Origin: Octopus vulgaris | Lineage: Eukaryota | Length of the DNA stretch: 64,000 nt | Direction of reading: 5' to 3' | Assembly: GCA_951406725.2 (NCBI GenBank) | Contig: OX597818.1 | Span: 115,816,001-115,880,000, forward strand | Part shown: in pieces, positions 39,329 through 52,698 of the stretch | Layout: every line of letters starts with the position of its first letter | Position numbering within the stretch: the stretch's first letter is position 1 | Made by a program: the position numbers and the translations under genes | Notes under the pieces: model-generated | What the model was told of the DNA's origin: nothing | Database searches by the model: none | What the model saw: only the letters and a program-made list of their open reading frames with translations

Positions 39329-39930
39329 AGGCGGCGAGCTGGCAGAGTCGTTAGCACGCCGGGCGAAATGCTTAGAGGTATTTCGTCTGCCGATACGTTC
39401 TGAGTTCAAATTCCGCCGAGGTCGACTTTGCCTTTCATCCTTTCGGGGGTCGATAAATTAAGTACCAGTTACGCACTGGGGTCGATGTAATCGACTTAAT
39501 CCGTTTGTCTTCCCTTGTTTGTCCTCTCTGTATTTAGCCACTTGTGGGTAGTAAAGAAATAGGTATTTCGTCTGCCGCTACGTTCTGAGTTCAAATTCCG
39601 CCGAGGTCGACTTTGCCTTTCATCCTTTCGGGGTCGGTAAATTAAGTACCAGTGACGCACTGGGGTCGATGTAATCGACTTAATCCGTCTGTCTGTCCTT
39701 GTTTGTCCCCTCTATGTTTAGCCCCTTGTAGGTAGTAAAGAAATAAGAATCGTTAGCACGTCAGACAAAACACTTATCGGCTTTAGGCACTAAATTCAAA
39801 CTCTACTCATGTCGAATTTACTTTTCATTCTTTCGACGACTATAAAATAAGCACCAGCTTGAACCCTAGAATCGATGTAATCGACGAGTCAGCGCCCCAC
39901 CCAAAATTTCAGACCTTGTACCAATTAAAG
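39329..39930 (+). mobile_element. SINE family A, tandem copies (others at 1922-2153, 3338-3950, 7060-7240, 9730-9930, 11655-11845, 63895-64000)
   Basis: Head ggcggcgagctggcagagtcgttagcacg with B-box-like gagttcaaattcc, followed by a conserved body. Confidence 0.85.
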
Positions 39931-40806
39931 AAAGGGTCACCGTGCGCCAATATTTATGGCCGAGATCATCGTTTTCTTGATATCCATTTACACTGGTACA
40001 AGATAGCGTGTGGTGCATTATCCTTGCCTGTCTCCTCGTTTAGTTCTCTACCCCAAAGATGAGGTACGCAATTCTACCATCGTCCACGGCCTCTCCGAAT
40101 TTATGAGCTGTAGATGGTCTCCCTGACCAGTGGAACGGCTTTCTTCATGAAGAAGCGAAAGTGCACACGCCCTAACCTGGTTCAGTATTTTACGCAACAA
40201 AGTATGGCAGTCATGCATCAATACAACAATAAAGCGATATAGATGCTAACCATTTTCTATGGAGCATTCGGGAATTAATTCTTTTTAGTCCTTTACTAAG
40301 TGAAATTCACAATCGAAATTAGCCAACTTTATCTATTTTTACTTTTTATTCTTACAAACAGATTCATAAAGTGCTGCTGAAAAACTGCACACTTCTGTAT
40401 GTATTTGGAAGGAATGCGTCTGTTGCTGCCCATCAAAGACCGAAGCTTGGATTAGATTTCCTACGGTACCTATGCCAACGGGGTCTATCGATCAACTTTC
40501 GATCTCTCGCATTGCACAGTTCACGTCGTTATACAAACAATGCACCCTTCGAGTTCCGCACCGAGGAAATGGTCAAGGACCATTCTTGCAATAAGCACGC
40601 TGGATGCGGTGCATTTTATGTTCGTTTCTTCGAATCGATTGACTCGCAACTCCACTCGTGAGTTATTCTCTATTGCACCTTTGCTAAAATACGCAAATCT
40701 GCTCTCTCTCTCTCTCTCTCTCTATCTCCCAATCTCTCTTTCTCTCTCAATCTCTCTTTCTCCCTCAATCTCTCTTTCTCAGTTTCACTTTTCTCAGTCT
40801 CTGTCT

Positions 40807-40852
<46 letters not shown>

Positions 40853-40892
40853 CACTTCTCTCTCTCTCGATATACATACCAACATACATACA

Positions 40893-40926
<34 letters not shown>

Positions 40927-40938
40927 CATGCATACATA

Positions 40939-40969
<31 letters not shown>

Positions 40970-41032
40970 ATATATATATCGCTCTCTTTCTCTCTCTCTC
41001 GATATACATACCAATATACATACATACATACA

Positions 41033-41068
<36 letters not shown>

Positions 41069-41123
41069 TCACTCTCTCTCTCTCTTTCTCTATCAATCTC
41101 TCTCTCTCAATCTCACTCTTTCT

Positions 41124-41161
<38 letters not shown>

Positions 41162-41644
41162 GATGCTTACCATTTGTTATCAACAATTGTACACGTCATT
41201 TCCCGCTTAGCTAATTCACTAATCCGGTCCCTAAATTCCATTCTAGGAAAGATGTATTCAGTTTCTAGTATCTGAAAATCTGTCTACCAGAGTTATCTGA
41301 TTTAACTATAATCGCTCAGAGATTCGTGGTCTGTGTAACCAAATGCCCAAAACTGTGAACCATCTACTTCTACACTATCCCTATTGGTTAAACTTACGAA
41401 AACCTTAAGGACAAACTGGTTTACCTGCTTCAATTTGATCAAATATACATTAGCGATGTCAAGAAATGCAGGCAATGTCTGTCACGTAATTGAAAATACT
41501 TGAGTAGGTTTCCAGAGATTTTAGATAGTTCTCCTCTATCTCCGACTTCTACACAACCCTTGCCTGCATCTAAGATTTCTTTCAAGTCGCCCACGAATTC
41601 TAATGGGCGAGATGTTTCTTGGAGTGACTCTAGATGTATAATAA

Positions 41645-42200
41645 AATGACTGACTGACTGACTTGACAGCATTCACCCGGGGTGGGTTGAGCTGGCTTCA
41701 TTTATCCTCAATACTGCATCTCTCACAAACGCCGACCAGGCCTGGCGATTTGAGGCTAACGACCGCGTGATCTCCAACCACTCCTTATTCCAGCGGCGAA
41801 CGCCGTAGATATGGGGGCCTAGGTTGGGTTCCAGATCAGCATTACAGTCATGTATAATGAAATCTGACCGTCGAGCCCCTGGCGTGGTGTAAACAGTCCC
41901 CAGTCTGAAAGTCTTACATCCTTTAGTGTTGTTCACGTTCAAAACCATCGCCTGGCTTTCCAGGTTCAGATCCAGGCCCAGGAAGACCGTGCATTCAAAC
42001 GTTTCAGAAACAACACTGCTACACCACTCGATCCTAACAAGTTGATGAGAGATTCTTAATCGGCCAGAAGGAGAGAGAAAACGGAAATTCCGTGTCTTGT
42101 CTCGGTGATGGCTACTACAACTATACTTAGTAACCCGAGGCCGATCAGCATGTATCTCTCCCTGCTTCCACGCCGACCTCGGGCCACGTGTATTTATACA
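41645..42200 (-). mobile_element. RTE-family remnant including the 3' end
   Basis: WLEITRSLASNRQAWSAFVRDA..ASSTHPG* followed by a (cagt)n tail, similar to the 23.7-kb end. Confidence 0.65.
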
Positions 42201-42956
42201 ACCTAACCTTTAAGAACATGGGAGCAAGCAAAAGAGTAAGAAAATCCATCTACTTCGTTTATTAACTATTGGTAATCCGGGTCTTAGAATTAATAACAGC
42301 AAGTACAGCAAAGGTTATAATAAAAAATATGCTGACTATAACGATGATGATGGTGATGGTGTTGATGCTGATAATCGACACAATTAAACAAAGTAGTGAT
42401 TAAACAACATGATTACATCAGTAATATAACGCTGATAAAGACTCTTAATCAGTAATTCTCAATTTACGTTAATTATTCTCAACTAGTATGAGATTTAAAG
42501 TTCCTGTTACATGTTTTCCTTATTTTAAATGTTAACATATTAATACCACAGATAGCTGTAGCATGCTTTGGGATTATCAGGTAAAGGAGTTTAACGGTGG
42601 ATAATTATTGTGACCTATAACGACTAGACAAGCATAACATTTTCATTTTATTTTTTTTGCAAATCAGTCCTTCAAGCAAACAAATAATCCGTTTCAATGA
42701 TTTTCGCAGAATTATTAACAACAGCAACATTAGAACCACTGGACGAAAAGAAACCAATTCGATAGCTTCCATCTGTTCGCTAAACCTGCTAAATATGGCA
42801 GTTCAATCTTCCTCAAAATCATACTATACTGCTTAAAAGAAAGGCTTTGAATTCAAGAAGACAGGATGATGCCAACTCTTTGGACATTGATCTAGTCAAC
42901 GAAGGACTAACCAGAAGCTAGACAACAACAACAACAACGTCAACACCAGCGAAGGT

Positions 42957-43070
42957 GGAGGCGCAATAGCCCAGTGGCTAGGGCAGCGGACTCGCGGTCA
43001 TAAGAACGCGGTTTCGATTCCAAGACCGGGCATTGTGAGTGTTTATTGAGCAAAAACATCTAAGTTCCAT
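42957..43070 (+). mobile_element. tRNA-derived SINE head (third family)
   Basis: tagcccagtggctagggc..ggtttcgattcc A/B boxes, without a closed acceptor stem. Confidence 0.55.
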
Positions 43071-43418
43071 CATCATCTCCATATCTATCTAACTCAGAAA
43101 CGCGTCCGCAAGTAATCAAATGCCGAGTGAATTTTCGTTGTTTTCCCTCTATGCCTACGTGAATTGTTTTTGAGTATACGTTGTCTGGGGGATTCTTCTT
43201 ATAGTAGAAGGAATAGCTAAGTTCTTCGGCTGCTATTTCTAAAAGTTTGGTATGTGCTAAAGCAAATTTTTTTTTGCTGGACCCTAATTATAATTATACT
43301 CATAATTATAAAAAGTAATGGTTAAGTTTACCGAAAACGGTCCTTTTAACATGCTGAACACTACTTGGTGGAATTATTAATTACTAATTAATTAATTAAT
43401 TTTAGCCCTTATTATTAT

Positions 43419-43479
<61 letters not shown>

Positions 43480-43496
43480 TATATATATAGAGAGAG

Positions 43497-43965
43497 AGAG
43501 TGGTTGTATACTGTCAACGTGACAGTCCCGTATGGGAATTACACCATCGCTGTTTAGCCCTTCCTGTCGGCTTTGACACATTTTCTGTGTCCTTATATTT
43601 GTGAAGGGAGGCAAGCACCCCCACCAGCCAAGATTCACACCTGAGGACATGCATCTTTCTGGGTCTTAACCCGTCATCAGCCCAGGACAGTGAGCTCACT
43701 ATCCTGGGCTGATGACGGGTTAAGACCCAGAAAGATGCATGTCCTCAGGTGTGAATCTTGGCTGGTGGGGGTGCTTGCCTCCCCTTCACAAATATAAAGA
43801 CACAGAAAATGTGTCAAAGCCGACAGGAAGTGGTCGATGCTTCCTAGGGCTAAACAGCGATGGTGTAATTCCCATACGGGACTGTCACGTTGACAGTATA
43901 CAACCACTCTATCGCTCCACCACCGCACATATCTCTATGAGATATTTAGAAATTTAATATTTCTG
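43497..43965. mobile_element. Non-coding palindromic element in (TA)n with two back-to-back hammerhead motifs
   Basis: ~200-bp arms 43497-43694 and 43695-43910 with no spacer. HHRs at 43640-43686 (-) and 43703-43749 (+). Confidence 0.85.
43703..43749 (+). ncRNA. Type I minimal hammerhead ribozyme motif (mirror copy 43640-43686 on -)
   Basis: cctggg CTGATGA c GGGT-taag-ACCC a GAAA gatgcat GTC ctcagg: 6-bp stem I, palindromic ATGCAT in stem III, predicted cut after 43743. Confidence 0.75.
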
Positions 43966-43966
43966 A

Positions 43967-43997
<31 letters not shown>

Positions 43998-45323
43998 GTA
44001 TATATATATATGAGTGACTGTGTGGTAAGTAGCTTGCTTACCAGCCACATGGTTCCGGGTTCAGTCCCACTGCGTGACACCTTGGACAAGTGTCTTCTAC
44101 TATAGCCTCGGGCCGACCAAAGCCTTGCGAGTGGATTTGGTAGACGGAAATTGAAAGAAGCCCGTCGTATATATGTGTCTGTGTGTGTTTGTCTCTCCCA
44201 ACATCGCTTGACAACCGATGCTGGTGTGTTTATGTCCCCCGTAACATTAGTGGTTCGGCAAAAGAGACCGATAGAATAAGTACTGGGCTTACAAAGAATA
44301 TGTCCTAGGGTCGATTTGCTCGACTAAAGGCGGTGCTCCAGCATGGCCGCAGTCAAGTGACTGAAACAAGTAAAAAAGTAAAAGAATTTTATATATCCAT
44401 ATATATATAAATTTCCAGGATTCGAGAGAATCTGTTATTTAAATAGTAAAAGCCACAAGATGGAGTCGATGATAGCGCAAGTGTGTAACAACAAGGCATA
44501 CTGACGACATGACATCTACGGACTCACTAAAGTAAATACAGATTTGTCCCTCCAGTTATGTATAGATTTACAATTTGTTGACTGAATACACAACGTGTAA
44601 TCAAAGTCATAGATGGGTACACGCACTGTACCTATTGCATCGTCGACCACAGATGCTAGATCTAAACATATTGAAGGTTTCAAGTCAGGTGAAGGATAAA
44701 TAATAACAATCCATTTGAGCTACAGAAAAACAGAGCTCAACTATTCCTATTTATTTATTTTTGTTGGTTTGGTCTTGTGAATGTGGTTGTACTTATGGCC
44801 TTCGGTGACATCATTGTAAGTCAAAGTTGCACTTTAACTGTTGCAAGTCAACGGTTGCAAGATAAATATCTGCAGGGTAGGAAATGAGATGACTGATTTT
44901 GTAAAGGCAGAAGTCGAAGCTTAATGATTAAACAAAGGACCGAGGAGACTGGTACAGTTTTGAGTGATGAGAACAGGAGATACGACTGTCGAGAAGTGCC
45001 CGAGTGGAAATGTCGCGAAACCAGCTATTTTCAAGAATCAGGGTTTACCGTAGTTGCAGTAATAAGGCAGATGGAATGAACAACATGTCTGCGGGGCAAA
45101 AGTTGGATGTCGTTAGAAAGTGACTATTTTCCGAACAGCTTTAATCCGAATGCATTTTAGAATAACTTTATGAGTAACAGTGTCAACATCCTCTTTGAGA
45201 TTTGTTGAGGATTAGTATTTATTGAAGGCTGGATTATTTTCTGACTCTGAATAAGAAAGCCAGTCATTGAGATGCAGTCTTTGATGTGTTGACGATGTGC
45301 GTTTGCCAAAAGACACCTTCAGT

Positions 45324-45594
45324 CAGTGGTGAACTGGCCAGGTTGCCAGTTTGCCCGATAGCATGTGGGCCCCTGTGCCATTAGAATCCATATATAGGGG
45401 CTCATGTTAGTATCTAAGGGGCCCATCCCCTCAAGTTTGGGAATTTTTAATTCACTCCTGAAAGAATGCATTATTTCAGCCTGGCTGTGTTTGGAGAGAG
45501 TTGAAAAGAATACTTTCAACAAAAACAAAAAAAAATTAAATGATAGCTTTGTAGTTGCGGGTGGGACAATATTTTTAGACCCAGTCCGCCTCTG
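45324..45594. mobile_element. hAT-type MITE
   Basis: Imperfect TIRs cagtggtgaactgg / ccagtccgcctctg and 8-bp TSD ccttcagt / ccttctgt. Confidence 0.7.
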
Positions 45595-45889
45595 CCTTCT
45601 GTAATAGTGAAATATAAGATCTGAAGCAATCATGAGAGTTTGGGTTGCCTGATAGTTTTGTGGTGAGTTGCACGTTTTGTCCTAAGTTCTCTTGTCATTT
45701 GATGTTGAAGAAGACAAGATCGCCATGACCTCATTGCAAGATGTTTTGAGGTCTCTGTTCGTGGTGTTTGTACAAATTAGGTGTGAAGGTGCTAGCTTGC
45801 ATGGGGATGATACGCGGATGCGGAAGGTTCGAGTGAATGTGTGTTCTTATCAGCGTAAGGATTGGGTAATTTTGAGAAAATTGTCAATA

Positions 45890-46302
45890 GGCGCAGGAGT
45901 GGCTGTGTGGTAAGTAGCTTGTTTACCAACCACATGGTTCTGGGTTCAGTCCCACTGCGTGGCACCTTGGGCAAGTGTCTTCTACTATAGCCACGGGCCG
46001 ACCAATGCCTTGTGAGTGGATTTGGTAGACGGAAACTGAAAGAAGCCCGTCGTATATATGTATATATATATATATGCTTGTGTGTGTTTGTGTGTCTGTG
46101 TTTGTCCCCCTAGCATTGCTTGACAACCGATGCTGGTGTGTTTATGTCCCCGTTACTTAGCGGTTCGGCAAAAGAGACCGATAGAATAAGTACTGGGCTT
46201 ACAAAGAATAAGTCCCGGGGTCGAGTTGCTCGATTAAAGGCGGTGCTCCAGCATGGCCGCAGTCAAATGACTGAAACAAGTAAAAGAGTAAAAGAGTAAA
46301 GA
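45890..46302 (+). mobile_element. tRNA-derived SINE family B with an internal microsatellite (others at 2203-2680, 9985-10400, 10598-10988, 35665-36082, 36710-36930, 44012-44385, 56012-56410, 62598-63345)
   Basis: A/B-box-like tggctgtgtggtaag..ggttcagtccc head, internal (TA)/(TG) tract after aagcccgtcg, and tail gctccagcatggccgcagtcaaatgactgaaacaag(taaaagag)n. Confidence 0.85.
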
Positions 46303-46666
46303 GTATGTAGGTCGTTAATGTATACGAGGAGTGGGGGGGGGTGTACAAAACCAGACCCCAAGTTCTACAGGAGTTGACAGAGTGCGACTTGGAGAGAAGT
46401 TCATTAGCAAACACTGCTATTGTACTATCTAAATAGGAAGACACCGATCCAAGGGGCGAGAATATGATGGGTCTCATCGTAGGGCAGGTCTGAAAGGAAA
46501 GTTGAATTGCTAGACACGGTTGAAAGATTTGGTGATGTTACAGGCAACAACACTGCTTTTACCAAATATTTCGAGGGCGATTTGGTTTCCGGTGTGTGTG
46601 TGTATGTATGTATGTATGTATGTATGTATGTATGTATGTATGTATGTATGTATGTATGTACGTATG

Positions 46667-46700
<34 letters not shown>

Positions 46701-46945
46701 TGTATGTATGTATGTATGTATGTATGTATGTATGTATTTCGTATGTATGTATGTATGTATGTATGTATGTACGTAAGTTCGTATGTATGTATGTATGTAT
46801 GTATGTATGTATGTATGTATGTATGTACGTATGTACGTAAGTTCGTATGTATGTATGTATGTATGTATGTATGTATGTATGTATGTATGTATGTATGTAT
46901 GTATGTATGTACGTAAGTTCGTATGTATGTATGTATGTATGTATG

Positions 46946-46976
<31 letters not shown>

Positions 46977-47808
46977 TTATGTCATTATTCAGTTTATTTC
47001 AAGATTTTTTACCAATTGAGAAAGAACCAACCTAGATTCAAAACTCCTTCATTGGAATTTCAGCATCAGCAACGGTGTATTTTTGTATGTATGTATGTAT
47101 GTATGTATGTATGTATGTATGTATGTATGTATGTATGTATGTATGTATGTATGTATGTATGTATGTACATATATGCATGTATGCATGTATGCATGTATGT
47201 ACGTGATGTATGTATGTATGTATGTATGTATGTATGTATGTTGATAAATATGCCAAGACTGTGATTGCTAAGCTGTCAATCAGTAAGTCACTAGCCAACA
47301 GACCCCTTACCTTAGACGAATCAATAATCCTCCTCTTTTTTATGTATGTATGTATGTATGTATGTATGTATGTATGTATGTATGTTGATAAATATGCCAA
47401 GACTGTGATTGCTAAGCTGTCAATCAGTAACTCACTAGCCAACAGACCCCTTACCTTAGACGAATCAATAATCCTCCTCTTTTTTGTCTTGTTCTAATCT
47501 CCCTTCATTCCCGTCATTATTCTCACTCTACCTCCTCTTACATAATTTCCTCTCCTTTACTCTCCTTTCTCTCCAACTACTTTTAGTCCACGCCATTTCC
47601 ACTCGTTCTTCCTGTTTTCCATGCTCTTCAGGATTAGCCACAAACAAGCACTTTTCTAATTCCCTGGAAAAGCATTCGGTCAGATATATTGCACAATTTT
47701 ATGCCAACAGTATACACACTGGAAATAAGAAGTAAGAATTATCTATAGAAAACACATACATAAAACAAAACATACAAATCTGCACATATACATACATGCG
47801 TACATACA

Positions 47809-47839
<31 letters not shown>

Positions 47840-48054
47840 GTACATACATACATACATACATACATACATACATAAAAAATACCCTGTTGCTGATGTTGAA
47901 ATTCCAATGAAGGAACCTTGGATTTATGCTTGATTTCTGGAAGGTGGAACCAACTTGTATTGAGTGCTACATACCTTTCCTAACAGGGGGCCACCAATAT
48001 CTAGCAGTGACCCAGGGCAATTGCTCCCTTCGCCACCCTATAAATCCGGCCCTG

Positions 48055-48665
48055 AGTTCGGCTCTGCATTTTTCTTGAATTTGGCGATGATAGATCATGT
48101 CTACAGTGCTCTACTACAATGAAAGCCGCACTGAGTCTCAAATAAGACATTTGGACAGATATACTCATTTAGTCTGTTTAATAGAACAAGAGCCAAGACC
48201 TTCCCAGTTGTTAATAGAAGAGATATTCTTCTGTGTTTTCCACAGCCTGCTCTTCAATCTTTTTTGAAGATAGGAACGATGCCTACATCTTTCCAGTTTT
48301 GTGGGACCGTTTCCGTCTTCCAGATCTGGAGCACAAAGTTATACAGTCTTTCAATAAGCTTAACAGCTACATGGTTCCAGATTTCAGCGGGTAGGCCACA
48401 TCTGCCAGGTACTTTGCATTCTTTCATTTGTTCGATTGGACTGCATCATTGAATTCCTTGTATATAAGTTCGTCATCTTACAATCGGATGATTGGCTATT
48501 GTGTAAACGTCTCGGGGGCAGTATTGTCCACGACGCCTAGGATATTAAGCAGGCTGTCAAAGTGATTGGTAAATCTATCAAGGATCTCCGATTTATTCTG
48601 GTCTACTGTTTTATCGTTAAGAGCTATGAGTTTTGATGTGCCTCTTCTCTGTGGCTCACTCCATC
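48055..48665 (-). pseudogene. Decayed RTE reverse-transcriptase fragment
   Basis: Reverse strand reads, with frameshifts, KVPGRCGLPAEIW..IWKTETVPQNWKDVGIVPIFKK..ISLL..GKVLALVLLNRL..ETQCGF. Confidence 0.75.
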
Positions 48666-49503
48666 GAATCAAATAATTACGCTAATATAGTCTTTCCTCC
48701 TTTAAAACGAAAGGGTGTGAATCACCCTCTGACCACACACGATTGCCTTCAAAATAAGCGACGCGTTGGATAATATAGTCCTAGATGTATTATACCTGAA
48801 TAAAGGGAATGCAGGGAGGTTTCGGAGAGAACGTCTTTTGTCATAGGTTTGCTCGATCAGAGCTTGTCGGGTGGTGGTGGTGGGGGGGGGGGCTAGACAA
48901 CCGGTGTTGGTTTGTTGACGTCCCCATAACTTAGAGGTTCGGCAAAAGCGATCGATATAATAAGTACCAGGTTTTAAAGAAAAACATGAATACTGCAGTC
49001 GATTTATACAAGGCAGTGATTTAGCATCGCCGCAGTTCAATGACAAAAAAGTAAAAGAAAAGATACATACATACATACATACATACATACATACATACAT
49101 ACATACATACATACATCTTTGACCCCCTTCGGTCAGGAATAGCCATGGGATTGCACCTAGAAAGTTACCCTCCGAGGCACAAGTCCGGGCAAAGTTGTTT
49201 ATGGAAGGCCAGCAGTCGGCCATGCACACCAGCCTCCCCTCTCCACACCACCGATGTTATCCATACATGCATACATACATAACCTGCTGTTGATGTTGAA
49301 ATTCCAACGAAGGAACCTTGGATCTAGGTTAGAAACCGGTTCTTTCTCTATTAGCATGAAATCTTGAAATAAACTGAATATTGACATATATACATACATA
49401 CATGCATGCATACATACACACACACATAAATACATACATACATACATACATACATACATACATACATACATACATACATACATACATACATACATACATA
49501 CAT

Positions 49504-49538
<35 letters not shown>

Positions 49539-49586
49539 TACATACATACATACATACATACATACATACATACATACATACATACA

Positions 49587-49617
<31 letters not shown>

Positions 49618-49804
49618 TGAAATGGCAAGCCCAAAAAACCCCTTCAATCTGGTTTGAAATCCTATACACACCACAACCAGTTACTCAGACTTTTTCATTT
49701 TATATATTTTTTTTATTAATCTCTATCTCATTAGGAAGATACTAATCTATCAGGATTAGTTACAACAGAAATTAGAATAATTTGACACTCGCATACAGGT
49801 ATAG

Positions 49805-50510
49805 ACGCACACACACACACATGTACACATGCACATTTTCACAGACATATGCACACACTTGTGTGCACGCACACTCACACATATACATACATACATACAT
49901 ATATACACACATACACACACACATGTACATATGTACATACTCACACAGACACATACACACAATTGTGCTCCGGCACACTCACACATATACAATCATACAT
50001 ACACACACACACACACATGTACGCATGCACATACTCACACAGACACATGCACACACTTGTGCTCTGGCACACTCACACATATACACACATACATACACAC
50101 ACACACATGCACGCACGCACACACACAGACACACACGAACGCATGCACATACTCACAGACACATATACACACACCCATGCGTGCGCACACTCACACATAT
50201 ACACGCATACATTGACACACATGTACACACGCGCACAGAGACACACACAGACACACACACTTGTACTCGGGCACACTCACACATATACACACATAAACAC
50301 ACACACACACACTGACTCACTTGCGCAAAGGCGCGCATACACTTGGGCAGGTGCGTTGCTTCTCTCACACACACATATGGGGTGCAGGTATACTCAGCCG
50401 CTTCACATGTGGATTACGGATAGGAACATGCTGCAAAGCACACTGATATGCTCCGACAGAAGCACAAGGCGAATAATCTATACAACATGCAAACACACAA
50501 AAAACATGTG

Positions 50511-50573
<63 letters not shown>

Positions 50574-51040
50574 GCGCGCACACACACACACAGACACACA
50601 CGCACACACACACCATACTTGCACGTATGCACACACACATGCTGACACATGTACACATGCACACCCCTTGCATACATACACGTGCATACACTTGCAAACA
50701 TGCACACACGCACGCGCATGCATGCACACACGCACGCGCATGCATGCACACACGTGTGTGCGCACACACACACATATGTACACACACGCACGCACACCAC
50801 GCATGCATGCACATACGCACGTATGCACACACTCCTGCGCACATACACGTACATACACTTGCGCGCACACACAGACACACACACACACACACGCACGCAC
50901 ATGCATACACACACATGTACGCTCGCAGGCACTAACATGCACACACATACACACTCACACACGAATACATCCACTCACGTGCATATACACATGCACACAC
51001 ACACATACATGCACACACATGCATGCACATGTACACACAT
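49805..51040. repeat. Long degenerate (CA)n-type simple repeat; further long (TATG)n tracts at 34485-35175, 46595-47385 and 61145-62390
   Basis: Read directly from the sequence. Confidence 0.9.
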
Positions 51041-52358
51041 GGAGGCTCGTGAATGCATGTGTCATCAATTCTGATCACCCATTGATGGATACCATTGTAT
51101 AGTTCGATTTGCAAGAAATAGCAGCCAAATCGACCACGGATCATCTTTAAGAAAAAGAGAAACGATTCATTGAATAATGTAGACCTAGATAAAGTATATC
51201 TGGGGGAAAAAAGCGTGCTGGTCACGGCTGGATTCCCTTTGACCATAAGTGTATTCGATCAGGACTGACGTGGGCCCTAGCTAGAACTTCAGAAGCAACA
51301 GCAACAATAACAACAACAACAACAACAACATTTCTTGTCACGTGATCCCACTATTTTAAAAATAATATTAAGGATTTTACTTTTTCTCTCTAATGCAGGC
51401 ATGGACAACCTATTTTGAGAAGTGGGCCGCACGAGACATAGCTCATCATCAGCACTGCTAAAAATACTCAAGATAATTTTGCTCTAGATACACCATTCCA
51501 ATTGTCCCGCGAGCCGCGGTTCGCCCATGAGTGATCTCATGCCAAGATGGCGTACAAACTTGCAGTGAAGCGTGACTGTTCTACGCGGATTGGTACACGT
51601 TAAGCTTTTCGTATTTCCTTCGGTTACAATAATCAAAAGATAGCCTTTCACCTCATCGGAAAAGCCTTTCGATAGCAAGTCAATAAAGGAGTCTATACAA
51701 GGTAGTTTGACCAGCTAGCATCAAAATTCCTCTCAAATTTCACTCTGTTGTCTTAAAAAGGACAGGATGTCTACAGTTAGAATGTTTTCGGTCATAAGTC
51801 TTCTCAATCATGGTTAACCCGGGGCTAAACAACAACAACGGATCTTTCTACATCAAATATTACCATAGACAAGTCCATCATTCAAAGCCTTCTCGCCTTC
51901 TTCTTAAGTTTTCGAGCTCCGTACATCGTCTTCCCTGATAAAGAGAAAACTCCTGTCGATTTCGATTAACTGAACCTCTTTCCCTTTAAATTAGGGTAAC
52001 ATCTGGTTGAATATACCGAATAAGCGTAGCACAACGTAGCAAAACTAAGCCTTTGAAATTATAGATACACTTCATCCAACGAGATTCCGCACAGTTTCCG
52101 TTTGTCCATTTTCACTCAAAATTCTCCTATGGTAAAGAGCACTTCCTCAAGATGCTGCGGAATGGGATCGAACTTGGAGTTTCATGATTACGAAGCGAAC
52201 TTCCTTAGCACAAAACCAAATGTGCCCACCATTTTAAATTATTATAGTTAAATATTTAAAAAATAATGATAGAACGTGTCAACAAATTCAACCAACCGTT
52301 ACCAAGATAAAAGAGGTGCAAATGAAGTGAGATGGTGACCAGGATTTGAAACCGAGTC

Positions 52359-52698
52359 CACTCGCGTAGCTAGAGTGTGTGCCGCCCGGGGAGCCCGTCC
52401 GTTTGCTGCCCCCGAACCCCACAAAAAAACACATATTGCCTACAGCCACCAGCGTAGCTAGAGTGTGTTGCTGCCTGGAGTTGCTCTTCCGTTTGCCGCC
52501 GCCGGAACCCACAAAAAACACATATTGCCTACAGTAGGCCCCAAAGTGCCGCCTCTTTAAAAATGCCGCCTGAGGCGGCGGACCACCCCTACCGCACCCA
52601 CTAGCTACGCTAGTGCCCACTGCAGACCCAAAAGTGGTGTCCCTTTAAAAGTGCCGCCCGGGACGGAACGCCCCTACCGCTCACGCCCTATCTCTAGT
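52359..52698. mobile_element. hAT-type MITE nested in another copy of itself
   Basis: Inner copy 52447-52615 has TIRs caccagcgtagctag / ctagctacgctagtg and a TSD-like pair cctacagc / cccactgc. Confidence 0.7.

Noticed and set aside
42957-43035. Possible tRNA gene (also 53760-53828)
   Set aside because: A and B boxes are present but no complete cloverleaf; better explained as SINE heads or pseudogenes.
44430-45890. Possible ancient LINE on the - strand
   Set aside because: Only a faint SLLGPLF-like motif was visible; not supportable without a profile search.
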